Notes under the pieces: generated by a model
Databases searched by the model: none
What the model was told of the DNA's origin: nothing
The model's input: the letters and a program-made list of their open reading frames with translations, nothing else
Made by a program: the position numbers and the translations under genes
Origin: Lingula anatina
Taxonomy: Eukaryota; Animalia; Brachiopoda
Reading direction: 5' to 3'
DNA length: 64,000 nucleotides
Assembly (NCBI GenBank): GCA_051362555.1
Contig: CM120640.1
Location: 3,844,001-3,908,000 of the forward strand
Part shown: positions 12,601 to 27,600 of the stretch, piece by piece
Numbering within the stretch: position 1 is the stretch's first letter
Layout of the letters: the number at the start of each line of letters is the position of its first letter

Positions 12601-15600
12601 AATTTGTTCCTGCAGTGGCTCCTTCTTTGAGAGGGATGGAGAGTGCAGTAAGTACTAAAAATACAGAACAGTGCCTTGTATCTTCAGTTTGAGAGCTTTC
12701 TTGTACCACTTAAAACATAAATTAACACACAGTTCTTGGGTTGGAAAAGCTATTTCTCAATTCTAACTGAATTAGATATTTTGCATTCCTGTTCCAGTCT
12801 CCCGTGGCAAGCTAGACACCCCCTGTCTGCCTGACAACGCCTGCTCAGACACCAACACGGCTTGTCTTGCAGGCCTGTGTGAATGTCTGCGGGGATACGA
12901 AGCTAAAAATGGCCTCTGTGGTGAGTGGTGTAATTTAGAGATGAAAGTCTTTTGGATTTTAACTGGAAATGTGGATATTACAGTGTTGTTTTTGTTTACT
13001 CCCTGTGCCTTTGGCGCTTGGTATCTGGCTTAAGGTTCATTATATCTGCAGTGAGAGAATCTTGTTGAAATAGGTGGGTGACTTTATAGAACTGTTTTGG
13101 TTCACCATTTACCACTCCCTCTCAGAATTGTATGATATGTAAGGTTATTGTTTTCTGGAAAAGATGTGAATATTGCATCCAAATTATGATTTTATGTCAC
13201 AAGTTTTATTTGCCTATTATTTTATTCATGCCCAGTCCTACGGGATCCCTCCAAACCTCAGATCCCTTGTGTCCGTGGCAACCAGTGTGAAGATCGTAAT
13301 GCAATCTGTATCAGTGGGATATGTGAGTGCCGAGATGGCTTCTTTTTAAAGCAGGGAAGATGTAGTAAGTTGTTTTTTTTTCTCTCTCAGAATTTTTATG
13401 ATAGATAAGTCTAGTGGTGACTTTTTTCACGGAATGTTTTACTTACTTTCAATTTTTGAAAAATGGTTTGTGTTAACTTTTTATGAAAATGAATAACCAT
13501 GTCTTACAGTTCTAATCAAGTCTTTACATTTATACAGAATTGAAAATACTAAAAACAGATCTTTTATGTATCTCTGGAATACTGATAGAAATGTGAACAA
13601 TATAGAATTTTAAGTAAAGGTTTAAGAGCACATATTTGTACTCTAGGACCTGAGATTCCTTTGAATGGACTGTGTGAACAAAATGATGTCTGTGAAGATG
13701 ACCACGCCGCCTGCACAGAGGGTGTTTGTCTGTGCAACAGAGATACACACTTTGAGAAAAATGATCAGTGTGGTAAGTTAAACATTTTATCCTTCAATCA
13801 AATTTTATTTTTTTGTATTTTTAAAATTCATTTAATGAGAAACTGTTTGCAGAATCTCCTTTTTGAATCTTTTGCTAACACTGATCCGTAGTACACTATT
13901 CTGATCTCCCTTCATGACACTTAAAATAAAAAATAAATTGTTCTCTTTATATCATCTAGATTTACATATTGAGTGGTTGTGCAATGTTTTGATATTTTAG
14001 TTCCCAAGGGTAAACTACACACTCCATGTAAAGCTAATGGTGTGTGTACTGATGCCAACACAGCCTGTGACAGCAATATCTGTGTTTGTACAGAAGACTC
14101 CTATGACAACAATGGCATATGTGGTAAGAACTGTCAGAGATTTTGTACCATGAAGGCTGGAATTTTTTCTTGATTTCTGTATGTAGCAAGTTTTTTTATT
14201 ATGAGATTGTAAACTTAGTCTAATGCTCCTTTTGTCCAGATTTCTCTTTTGAATATTATTTTTATTCATTTTTGCTATATTACTACTTTAAATTAATGAC
14301 TATTCTCTTATTAACTACCTTCTAGTTCCCAAGTCAGATATAGGAGATGAATGTAATTCTGATGAAGGATGCACAGCCAGCAGTAACCTCATGTGTAGAA
14401 ATAGAAGATGTGTTTGCAAGAATGGATACATTGAACGCAGTGGAGTCTGCTGTATGTGTGATAAAAACCTCTTATTCTTTTGTTGAGTTTCTTCCAAAAT
14501 TTAGTTTTTTAGTTTTTCTCTACAAGTAAAAACAATGGAGAACTATTTACTGAAGAGGAGAAAGAAATTAAAATGCATATTGATTTGTCTAGATATAAAA
14601 TTTTGGAAATGGGATATCATTAATTTGTGGTGAGTCTGAGATCCTTGCACAGAATACATGCGCATCAGACACAATCTTTTAAACCTCCTTAAAGAGTTGC
14701 CAGTAATCATGATAAGAGAAGAATTTATTTTCATCTGTCAATATGGTGATTCATTGTGTTCCAGTCTCTAGAGATGCAGGTAATGGAGATCTTGATGGTC
14801 CCTGCCAGCAGACAGAAGACTGTAGACAGCCAAATACTGAGTGCAGAGGGGGGAGGATATGCAAATGTCTGCCCTCTCACTTTGAAAAGAATGGACAGTG
14901 TGGTAAGATAACATGTTATATTGGAATGTAGGATTTTTAAATAATGTTTATAAAAATTTATATTTACCAAAGGGCAAATTAAAAATGCCCTGAAAAGTAT
15001 AAAACATGTTTTAGGTCATATTATGGTACCATCTTACTTATTCTGTATTAGATCGGATTAAATCAGTAATAAAAGCACCCTTTTCTCTCTCCACAGTGCC
15101 CAAGATCCCAGTGGGTGAAGACTGTGAGCCTGGTGACATGTGTAACAGCCAGAGGGCGTCGTGTCAAGACGGCACCTGTCAGTGTGACCCTGGCTATACC
15201 AAGGATGGTGACCAGTGCGGTCAGTTGCTTAATCAAATAAGTTCATTTTACAATATGGCAGTCTGTGCTGAAATCTTTTTGCCTGATGTTCCTTTGGGCA
15301 TCGAGATCTAAGAATCTTCTGGTCTAAAGCAGATAAATAATTGCAAAATTTTCCTTCAATTTTACTGGAATTTGTAGACCAGTATAGGTTTGCAGGCTGA
15401 AAAAACTTGTCTGTTGTAAAGAATGGACCTTACAATGTGTCTGAAGCATTTAAAGAAAGAACACTACAGTAACTTCATTTTACCTCCAGATTTATCATTT
15501 GTTAAATTATGAAACATATCATTTATATATAACTGGTTTGGTTTCAGTTGGTCAGGGAGCACTGGGGAAGGAATGTCTACCAGGAGCTCTCTGTTCTGAA

Positions 15601-18600
15601 TCTGGTTCAGTTTGTGAAAATGGCATCTGCATATGTTCTCCTGACTACTATGAGAAAAATGGCAATTGTGGTAAGAGCCAAGTATTGCAATATATGTAAT
15701 CCTCTTTGATAAAAAATCTCCACTTTTGAGTCAGTCCAAATATCTCTATTATAAAAACAATCAAAAATAAGGATTTTGAAAAAAAATTGAAAGATATATA
15801 TCAAAAAGGAAAATTGTCACATATATATTTTGAAAATTTTGATGAAAATTGTTTTTCCCTGCATCGCCAGAGAGAAGAGGTCACGGCCCAGGTTCTCCAT
15901 GTGGCCAGCCAGGTAATACATGTGGTCCTCATGCCGAGTGTAAATCTGGACTCTGCAGGTGTGATGACACTTCTTATGAGAAAGATGGAAATTGCGGTGA
16001 GAAATTTCTCTGCTTCCTTTCCTCTATTTTGTCATGTTTGAATTTTGAAATTTGATATTTCATGACATCTTCTGGATTGAAAGTTATGAAATTTATATCT
16101 TACTCACAAATGTCTTTCTTGTAGATTGGTCCACACAACATGATTTTTTTCCCTAACACTTCATGTGCTCATGACATGTCCACATATCTATAAAGGTCGG
16201 GGGTATATTGCAAAAGCCAGTATCTATCAGATATTAGCCAATTTTTACATTGAAATGAGTTGCAATAAGCATATATATATATATGTATATATTATGAATA
16301 CTATTATTACAGTACTGAAGCAAGGTCCAGGAGAGGAGTGCAGTGAAAGGGACCCCTGTGTGGAGCCCTACACCTGCCAGGACAGTCAGTGTAAAGAAGT
16401 CCCCCCAGGACAGGAGGGGACACTGGACCACAGGTGTGCACCAGGGGACGTGTGCTTTGACGTCCATGCTGAGTGCAGGCGAGGTATCTGCAAGTGTGAA
16501 ACTACTCATTTCAATGATAGAGGGCGCTGTGGTGAGTTGTCTGCTGCAGATGTTTTTTTATATTTTCAAAAGTTGTGAATACTTATTATAAGTAAGTGGA
16601 AGAGTTGATTTTAATCTTTTGAATGTAATATTTGATATGGTTTTGTTCTAAATTATAAAAAAAAATTCATTCCCATCAGTGATTTTATGCAATGCTTCAA
16701 CTGGGGCAGAAAATAAAGAAAATAACAATTGTTTTACTAACTGTAGTCGGAGTAGACAGTTGATTAGTATTGGAATGAAATATCATCAAGTAAAAAGATA
16801 CATATTTCAGTGAATCTAATGACTTTATACGGATCTCTTATTAGTAAGAAAGTCTCCATTGGATAGCCGGTGTTCTAGAGATGAAGAATGTTTGGATGAC
16901 AGTGCTGTTTGCTCAGATGATGGTCAGTGTATCTGTGACAAAAACTTTCATCAGTCAGGAACTACATGCAGTAAGTCATCTCATGATGTTTGTATACATA
17001 AGACATGATTTTTAGTGTTTTTTAACATTTATTTTCTCTTCTGTTATTATTTGAATGAAAAAATATATTGTGCATTGTTCCAGCTATTGTTGCTTTGATA
17101 GCACAAATGCCATTTGAAACTTGACATTAAAAGCTAAAACATTTTCCATCCTCCATCCTTACATCTGTTTGCCTGCTTTTTTCTCAGAGTAGGATGTGTA
17201 TATTATCTTTCTGTTTGATTTGATTTTCAGTTTTGAATGGTGCTGTTGATGGCAAGTGTTTGGCTGGTTCAGCCTGTCTTGACAACAATGCTGTTTGTAA
17301 GGATGACAAATGTGTTTGCAGGGATGGATTTTACAACGATGGGGGACAATGTGGTAAGTGCTGACATCTGCTGAGAGAAAATGACAAAAAGTATTGTTTT
17401 ACATCGCTGAAATGAGAACCCTGTCAGATCAGGCCAGGTAAAAAAATGCAACATTTTAAGAATCGGATATCAAGAATGGTCACAATTTCACAAAAAAGAT
17501 TTAGGTTTAAAAGTTAGGTCTTTTCCTTCAGTGATTTAAAAATGACAAATTGTATTTTTTTTGTTAGCTGCAAAGAAAGGACATCTTGAGGACTGTAACA
17601 CAGATGATAACTGTCAACTTGAGCACAGTATGTGTCATCAGGGTCGCTGTGTCTGTATGCCTGCTTATGTATATAACACACAGAGACAGCGCTGTGGTGA
17701 GTATACTTGTACTGAACTGGAGCTTTTCTTCCAGATCCATTTTGCTCATTTCTCTCATTTTTATGGCTTTATCAAAAAGAAGTTTTCCTTTTTAAAACTT
17801 ATTTGAGATGTGTTGATTGTGATGTTCAAGTTGCAAAGTGAAAACAGGATTTTTTGTTCTGTTGATAAATTTGCTAAAGCTTTAAATGTTGAAGTGGGTA
17901 TTGTGAAAGCATGCTATGGGCAACCAGGATGAATGCATATGTTTTAGTCATGCCTATGATTTTAAAGAAATTCTTATTTGGCTTTTAAATGTTTTTCATT
18001 AATTTTTGCTGGCAGATGAAGAACAAAAGATCAAAAGTTAAAGCTGTGGCCAAGGGCATGCCCTCCAAAGCCTTTTTTTAGTTCAGAGTTTTTATGTGAT
18101 GTTTGGTTGAATTTCTTTAGTTCCCCAAGTTACTGAGAGAACCTGTAGGGAGGATGTGGAGTGCCTGGACCCCAATGCTGAATGTGTGCTAGGCACTTGT
18201 CAATGTAAACAGGGCCACAGGCCAGGCCCAACAGGCACATGTGGTGAGGGGGTTTATTCAGGTTTTAGTTTCTACAAATAAATTTGGTTTTATATGTTTG
18301 TTCAGTGTTTAGTTTAACCAGTCAAATTTGGTTTCTGATATGCATTTTACTTGCAGATTCATTATGGGGTTATGTTGTGATTTTTGGTCATAATTATTTT
18401 CTGTCTTCATATTAAATGTGGTGTTGTTTGTGCATATTTTCTGTGCTTTGTACACATTTGTAGTTGGGAATGTTTAATCTATGTTTTATATTATTGAAGT
18501 TAAAAGAGTGTAGATTTGGAGGGGAATATAAAAAAGACATTGACTCTTTTTAGTTGATTCTTAGGTTCTCCAAAAAGCACTTTGGAGATTCTGCATAAGT

Positions 18601-21600
18601 TAAATCAGTTTGAAAAATGTTTATAATTATGAAACTATTAGATCCTGAGTCAGATGGCCCCCAATGTGACAGGGATGCTGACTGTCCACTAAATGCCAAA
18701 TGTGTGAATGGCAGGTGCTCATGTGATACAGGATATAGACTGCAAAATGGGAGGTGTGTGGAAGGTAAGTTGGTCAAGGTCATCATCAAAAATTTTAACT
18801 CTTGAAAAGTTGAAAGCAAAAATCCCAGGCCTGCTTCAAACTCTTTTGCTAATTTGCAAGAAGGAATTGTACAATGCATATAAGGTCTGTTGCAAATTTG
18901 CAAGAACCTGAATACTTTCTTGCAAACCTGCATTAAACTTAAGATTATCTTACAAATTTGCAGAACAAATTTTTCATGGAAACCCATTGAGACTGCTTGC
19001 CCCAAACTAAATACTTTGAAGCAAAGTTGCTTCACCCCCTCAAATTAGTAAATATTGACATGCTATTATGATATTAGCACAGTTAATTTGAAATTTGTAT
19101 TGTATGCACATTTGTCAATGAAAATTTCTAAACATTACCCCTGAAAGGACTACAGATATTCACACATTTTGAACCATCACATTATTGTATTGACTCCTAT
19201 AAACAGAGGAGCAATCTTCTTTCAACATTAAAAAACATTGGGAATCAATAGTAAACCTAATGCATTTTATATAGTTGCCCTGACTGAGAAGGTATACTAT
19301 ATATTGGTTTCAGTGACAGGGCCAGGGGGTCAGTGTAGCAGTAATACTGACTGTCAGGACACTAACTCCTACTGCAGCAGAGGGAGCTGTGTGTGTCTGG
19401 ATGGATACTATGCACTGGGAAAAACATGTGGTAGGACATTTCTCAAGTGATTATAAAGCTTTAATAGCAATTGTAAAGCCAAGATGTCTGTTAAAATAAT
19501 AATTTTAAAAAACTTTTAAGTTATAAAAAATCTTGTATTTCAATATAAAAGAATGAATAGGCCAAAGCAAATTTTCTTTATATAATTTATTTTCCCACTT
19601 TAATTGTCAGAATTGTTGACAGACAGGTGGTTTGATGTATAAGGTTGAAACTTGAATTTAACTTCTTTCTTTCTTCAGTTCCCAGTTCTAATTTGAATGA
19701 AGCCTGTAGCTCCAATGAGGGGTGTGGAGACAGGAATGCCGAGTGTGTCAGGGGGAAGTGTCAGTGCAAAGATGGATACTATGACAAAAATGGAGTCTGT
19801 AGTGAGTTTCAGTTTCTCAGCTAGGTTATTTATGGCAGATTTAGGAATTGTTGAGGTTATTAGCTCCAGCAAAGAATATGAATAAGTGGATAAAAATAGT
19901 ATTTTGATAAATATAGAAATGTAGAGAAGCCAAGAACTGAATAGATAAAGAAAAATTGCTTTTAACTTCAACATTTAAAAAACATTCCATTATTGAATTG
20001 AAATGTTGAAATCATAAAACTCTACTGTATGATTGAATTTCCTGGAAATAGTTTTTCAGTGTTTTGGGTATAAATAGTTATTTTACGTGACAATTCATGT
20101 GATTTAAAACATTTTGTTATGTGCCCAGGTGAGACATCTGGTGCCAGTGGACCATGTACCTCAGACGCAGGCTGTACAAATGGCAGCTACTGTAGAGGCG
20201 GAACCTGCACCTGTCGACCGGAGCACTACCAGGACGGAGAGGACTGTAGTAAGTAGTAGTTGGACATTGAAGCAGAATTTATCAAAGTGTATATTTTGAT
20301 TCATCCAATTGTTGTTTCAAACAAATGATAAATGAAAACTGAATATCATGATGAACACTCAGGTACATCAAAATGACCTATATGGAATAAAGACAAAATG
20401 TTGGTTCACATACATGAGTGGCCATTATGAGATTCAATTTCCATTCTCTATTCAGTATATGTTTGTTGATTTGAATGGTCTGTCACTCCACGTGGCAGTC
20501 ACAGACGCATGTTCTGACACAATGTTTAGACTGCAGTTCACTTGATTATGTCATGGATTATATTTAGTATGATGCTGTAGGATATGATTTCACCATCACC
20601 TTGCCTTTACTTCAGAGCTGCAGGTAGGGGATGGGGAACCCTGCAGAACTCGTGACGCCTGTCGTGTGGTGGACTCCCAGTGTACCAGAGGCGTATGTCA
20701 GTGCCCAGAGGGTTATTATGCTGACAGTCTCTTCTGCTGTAGGTGGTCAAAGATTGATTCCTTTTCATTAAAAATTTTTCAAACTAGACTGCTTTGAACT
20801 CTGACCTTCAAATGACCTATGGGTGCCCATCTGTCAGTCTTATGCTGTCTATAGCAACATGACAATCCAATTGTTTACTGTAATATCTGATAGAAGATAA
20901 TGTGAACCATACTTCTGTCAGGTCAACATTCCAATAAATAAAATAGTACTTTATTGCAAATGCAATGCATTTTACGGACAATTTTTTTCTTAGTTACACT
21001 ATATCTGTCTACTCTCAGCATTGAAGCAACCCCTGGGTGGCCGCTGCCGGACAGATGAGGCCTGTGACTATGATAATGCCAAGTGCATAGGTGGGCGATG
21101 TCGCTGTCCTCAGGGATTTGATGCCAATCGTTTGCTGAAAGCTTGTAGTAAGTACAGCTATTGCATGGTTTATACCACCTGAGAAGAGGATAGTAATGTG
21201 TGTGCGTGTGTGTGCGTGTGCATGTGTGTGTGTGCGTGTGTGTGTGTGTGTGTATGTGTGTGTGTGTGTCTTTGGTATGCTTTATTTATTTTATTTATTT
21301 TATTTGTATTTTATTTATTTTTGCTTTATTTTTTTTAATCTTATATTTATTATTTTATTTTTTACTTTTAACATACTTTTTTGTCATCAGGATTGACAGA
21401 GAGCCAGCTTCATAAGCCATGTCAAACTGAAGCAGACTGTGCTGTTCTGGAAAATGCTGAATGTCGGGACGGTCAATGTGAATGTGACGATATGCACTTT
21501 GATAAAGATAATGATGGCACTTGTGGTAAGTGTTAACTAGACTGTAAGGCAATGTATCGTATAGCATTGTGTTTTAGACTAGAGGAATGGTAGTATTTGA

Positions 21601-24600
21601 GAAGCTGAGGCTGTGCCAGTTTGAATGTATGTTACAGCTTATGTGAAAATAAAACATACCTGTTATCAAATTTGTCAGCTCAAGTGCAAGCTAAAGTCTA
21701 CCATAATGTTAAAAAATGAAGCTGATAGGTCATTTAATTGAGTAGTGTAAAATTTTTGTTTTATTTTCAAATGTTGTCAGATGGCATCAAATCTGGACTC
21801 AGTGGAGGCTGTGGCTCAGATGAAGAATGTGCCCCAGAAAATGCCATCTGTAACAGAGGCCAGTGTATTTGTAGACAGGGCTTTGTCAACAATGGGCCCT
21901 TATGCAGTAAGTAATACTCAGCTGCTTTAGATATAACACTATTCAGATGAAATATTCTCAACATATTGGTCATCTATGCATTATGTCTGGTGATCTTTTG
22001 TTTTATTTTAGGTGGTATTTACCATATAGGACTCAGTGTTTTACTAACAATATCATAGTAAATTGTCCCAATTTTTTGCCACTTAAACCATCTTTTGAAA
22101 ACTCTTACTTCCTACCCTTTCTGTTTGTCCCGATGCGTGTTATTGACTTCTCTCTCAGGTCGCAAGGTTGGCTTGGATGAGACTTGTTTGACCAATGAAG
22201 TGTGTGGTACAGACAACTCTTACTGCAAGGACAATAAGTGTGCCTGTAAGGAGAGATTCTACAGGGACAGAGACCAGTGCTGTAAGTTTTCTGCTCTTAC
22301 TTTCCAATGACATACTATACAAGATTCAGTAAGAGTCACATCAGTTTGTCAGAAGTATAACTTACGATCATGTTTCTTAGTAAGAAATAATTACTAAAAC
22401 AATTGAAAACAGTTTGAAGGTTTTGTAAATCTAAAAAATTTATAATTCTTTCTTAAAGAATGTCAGTAAATTACTTAGTTTAGCTAACACTTACCACAAT
22501 TTGAGAACTGCATTTGTCTTTCAGCATTTGTCATGTTTTTAATTTGCATTTCTTGCCATAGACAAATCTATGAACCATTTTTTATATGTGTATTTTCAGT
22601 GGGTATACACTTAGTTTTACACTTGTTTTCAGTACCCCAGACAGTGCTAGGGGGCAGGTGTGTCAGTGACGAGGCTTGTTTGAATGAAAACTCTGCTTGC
22701 AAAAGTGGGGAATGTGTCTGCCAGCAAGGCTTCTATAACAATAGGGGGCGTTGTGGTAGGTAGACTAATAAAAATGAAAATTATTAATTCTTCTTCATAG
22801 TTCAAATTTCCCATCGGGCATAGTTTAATTATAGCTCCTTTTCAAACAAAATTTGTCAAAGCAATAGATCAAAGCAAATGAATTGATCATATTATGTTGT
22901 AGACAAACAAGTTGGAGTCGATGACTCCTGCAGCTCACCAGAGGCGTGTGTGGACAATGCTGACTGTATAGACAGTAGATGTCAGTGTAAATCAGGATAC
23001 TTCCAAAATGGAGAACTGTGCAGTAGGTGTCCTCTCAGATAGTTTTATAGAAAATATATTTGTTCAAATTTAGATTTATCATGAGATTCTAAATTTTATT
23101 TCATTTATTTGGGTACTTTTATTTCTTTCACAACATAATAGACTAAAGAATTCCAGTATGTTTAGTTTGAAATTTCATCAGAAATTTATTTTCTAACATT
23201 GTTTAATTGACTTTTCATATTACTATAAATTCTTTCATAAAAGAAGTTATTTTCACTGGTATATTCATACCGAAAAACAGTATGTTTAAATATGTTTTGA
23301 TGCATCTTATTTACCAGGGTATAAATATACTGTTTTATAGCCCCTATGTCATGTGATATATGTATATTATAGCTCAGCAAGGTGGTCAGGGCTCCCAGTG
23401 TACTCTTGATGGTCAGTGTAGAGAGAGGAACAGTGCCTGCAGAGAGGGCAGTTGTCAGTGCAGCATTGGCTACTACTATGATGAGGACCAATGTGGTGAG
23501 TTAGTCATAACAATACAGTATTGGCTACTACTATGAGGAAGATCAGTGTGGTGAGTTAGTCAGAACAATACAGTATTGGCTACTACTATGATGAGGACCA
23601 ATGTGGTGAGTTGGTCAGAAAATTCATAAGCATTTCAGTATTGTGTGATAGCACCTGTTCAGAATTTAAGTATTGTGCATTTTTCCATTTACCAATAGAC
23701 ATTCAGTATCATTAACTACGTTAGCATATTTCTCTTTCCTTTCCATGTAGAACTGTCATCACCTTTTACACAAACCGTTCAATAGATATTATCATATTTT
23801 GACAATGTGGTATTATCTTCTAGTCCCCCAGTCTGGTCTTACTGGTGACTGTGACTCCAACAAAGCCTGCCTCACAGAGAATGCAGAGTGCAGGAATGGC
23901 AAGTGTGTCTGCAAGCAGCAATTCTTTAAGGACCAGCTCAAGTGTGGTAAGTTACAGATTGCATAAAAAGGTGGACTTCAAACTTTGCTGATCACTTTGA
24001 AAAACTTTTAGATGAAACTGAATTATGAATTAGAATGTTATTGAACTGCACCTGATAGGTTAATTAAAGATTCAAATTTTCCAAAAATGTAGCCATTTGC
24101 TTGCAATGGCTAGACTGTTCTTAGCCCAGATAAGTCCCTTCACACTTCCATTAGATATGAAACAGATTTTCCTTCATGGTTACTTTTAGTGTCTAAGAAG
24201 CAACTAGGTGAACCATGTCCCAGTAAAGAAGCCTGTGACACAGTGAATTCAGAATGTAAGGACGGGCAGTGCCAGTGTAGCCCTGGGTTCTACAGAGATG
24301 GACAGACTTGCTGTGAGTGACAGCAACTTTTTTAGTATATTATACTGGCAGAGAGCAATATTGGATTCTAGGAAAATATATTGAAAGAGATAATGGTAAA
24401 ATAAAAAAAAAGTTTTTTCCAATAATAAAAGTAAGTGCTCTAACCTTGTAGGTGCTGAACATTTAGTACGTATCTCAAAGGTGTTGACAAATACACCTGT
24501 ATTGTTTTATTTTTCTGTAGACCCCAAGAAGCAGCTGAACTTCCCCTGTGTACTGGATGTAGAGTGTCTGGATGATGTTGCAGAGTGTAAAGAAGAAAAA

Positions 24601-27600
24601 TGTCGATGTGGAGAAGGTTTCAGGGATGTTGGAGGGTTCTGTGGTAAGGATAGACTTTATTAGCTCAGTGATTGTGCAGACACTTCTGCAGTGCTGTAAT
24701 GTATTTATTGTCAGCATTATTTGCACATGTAATATTTTACAGCATGCTATTATTTGTTAGATAATGTAAGGTAAAAAAAAAATTTGTAAATTTAGTCACA
24801 CAATGAGTCCTTGATCTTCCAGAGGCAGCCCCCACCGAGCCTCCCAAGGTACAAGTGGCTCCCCCTTGTGAGAATGGAGAACTGTGTGATGACAATGATG
24901 GGCAGTGCATTGAAGGCTCATGTCTGTGTCATCCCTCTTATGATGTTGCCTCCAGTGAAACCGTCACTGATGCCTGTAGTAAGTATTGTTGATTTACAAA
25001 ATACCAGCTTGTGTTGGAAGTAAAGTTTCGTTCATGATAATTTTCTTCCTTTTATATACTAGACATTGTGTTTTGTGTAACCCAATTTTGGTTATCCGAG
25101 GCACAGAATGATAGGTGTAAGTAAAGGCACATATATCCTTTATTTTCTTTCCCAGCTGCTAAGGGGGAGGTAGGAAGCAGCTGTTTGTTAGGCTGGGCCT
25201 GCAGAGACAGGAACTCCAAATGTATAGATGGCGTATGTGCATGTAAAAATGGCTTCTATATCAAGAATGGAGTTTGTGGTAAGTTCCAATAAAAACTATG
25301 TCTAGAAGATTGACAAATTCAATCTTCTGTTTTTCCTCTGATAAAGAATTAATGTATAGAGTGAGACAAAGAACATTTTAACCCAGCTTGCTTTCTGATA
25401 TAATGAAATATTTATATACCATCTAGAATTGGAATATGCCTTAATCTGTAAAAGGGCTTACTTTCTTTTTATGTCTTCATTCAGTGCATAACCATATTCT
25501 TTGTATGAACATCTAATGTTTCAGTCCCACAGCCAGAGCTTGGTGATGCTTGCTCACCAGGTGGTGTATGTGCTCATTCCTTGGCAGAGTGCCAGAACGG
25601 ACAGTGTCAGTGCAAGCCATCATATCTTAGAGCAGGCAGGGCATGCGGTAAATTTCCAGATTTTTATTTATTTTATGTACAGAATACAAATGAAATTTAT
25701 AAAAATATATTTTTCTTCTTATGTATGCCAAGTCTAAAGATAAAAAATCCTTTAAGAGAATACTATCTGTTTTTAAGTGAACCTTAACTGATGTTATATA
25801 TATATAATATGATATTACAATCCACAAGAAAGAATAAAGAACAATTTTAAATTTACAATTAAAACTGGTCACAACATGAAGCTTGTATTTTCAGGTAAGC
25901 GAGGCACCCTGCAGTACCCCTGCTTAGTAGACAGGACGTGTGATATAGAGGGCGCTCAGTGTATTGGAGACCAGTGTGTCTGCAGGGAGGGACGCTACAG
26001 CTACCAGGGGATGTGCAGTGAGTGGAGATTATATAGATTGTAAAATGTCTCATGTAGCAATTATACTGACACCTTGCTGACAGAGGAAAGGGAATTTTGT
26101 GATATTTACGCATTTGAAACAAAGAAATTGAAATTCATGAGATTTTTTAAAAAATGCATATTTTTGCATGAAACCTTTACGTATATTTTAGAGCGTAAGA
26201 TTGCCCTGGGAGAGAAGTGTACAGAGCAGGATACATGTGAGGATGACCTGTCAGCCTGCACTGATGGACTGTGTTCATGTCAGCCAACACACTATGCTGT
26301 CAATGGGGCATGTGGTATGTGAACCTCTTGTGGCATATTATCCTTTAGATAATTTTAGAGAGAGAGACAGAGAGAGAGTTTATCACACTTTCTTTAATAC
26401 CTTATCACCAAACAGAAGTGAAAAGTAGTCTTTTAACATGTTTTTTTGATAACACATATGGTGCACTGATGGGGCATTGAAGCATGGAAGGCCTCTTTTA
26501 CAAGGGTAACACTTAACTTTTCTGATAATAACTACAAATTTGATCATTACAGTGCCTCGTGGTGTCAGAAATGCTCCATGTCTCCCGGGTTCCTACTGCT
26601 CCTCCTCTGGTCTCTTCTGTAACTATGGACTGTGTGTCTGTAGACCAGGATTCTATCCAGACAGGACAACCTGCAGTGAGTGGACTGACTGAGTTGACTT
26701 TTAGTTGTTTTTGTTGTAACATACTATAGTAGGTTTGAAGTCTTTAATAAAACATTCAGTTTGGTTATCAGTTTTAGGTGCAATATACAAGGAAATATAT
26801 ATTTTGTAACAGTACTTAATCAGTTATAATAAGCTCTGTGACCTTTATTATTGTTGCAGTAATAGTATTCATTCTGCAGAAAAATAAATCTATAAACAAA
26901 TAACAGTGATATTTCAACTATGTTAAACATTTACTTTTGTCAGTAGTAACCTGGTAAACCTATTATAACCTATTATAAAAGCATAGGCCCTATTAATCTA
27001 GGATTTTTAAGATCCTAGCTAGGTCAATTAAGCCTATGCTTTTATAAAAAATATATGATTATGCTCTACTTGAAAATATCCTGCTTACCGAAAAATAGCA
27101 TAATTATTCAAGGAATCTTGGTATTATTTCAGAGGACAAGAAGCCCCTGGACTTTGACTGTGAAGCAGATGACCATTGCTCTGATATGAACGCCATCTGC
27201 AGGAACAGGAAGTGTGTCTGTAAAGAGGCATTTACTGAGGTCAACAAAGTCTGTGGTATGTCAGTTTGTTTTTATATTTATAAAAGGAAAATAGCCCATA
27301 GTTTATTGATTTTGTTTTTAAACAATTAATATAAAATTGATTTGAAATAGACACTCCTTTACAACAAAATGGTAGTAAATGATTTAAATCAAACAGAAAT
27401 GATGATTTATATTGCCAAAAATATTTTGTTATTGATGAAAATGTTTTGGAAGTTTTGAAAAAGGAGATTCATAGGTGAAAGTTTCTGAGAAAGGATTTAG
27501 GTTTTAACAAAATATAATTTTGTAATAAACTAAGTTTTTGAAATTTGTGATTAATTTCTGTGTATATTATATGGTTACAAACCATCGATTTAAATTCAAG

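Noticed and set aside
18550-19035. 161-aa minus-strand ORF and ttgcaaa-rich stretch
   Set aside because: The ORF is antisense to an EB exon plus a degenerate repeat. The tgcttcaaa/tttgaagca arms are too short to call an element confidently.
21196-21415. Hydrophobic CV-repeat ORFs
   Set aside because: They are translations of (GT)n and (TTTA)n microsatellites.
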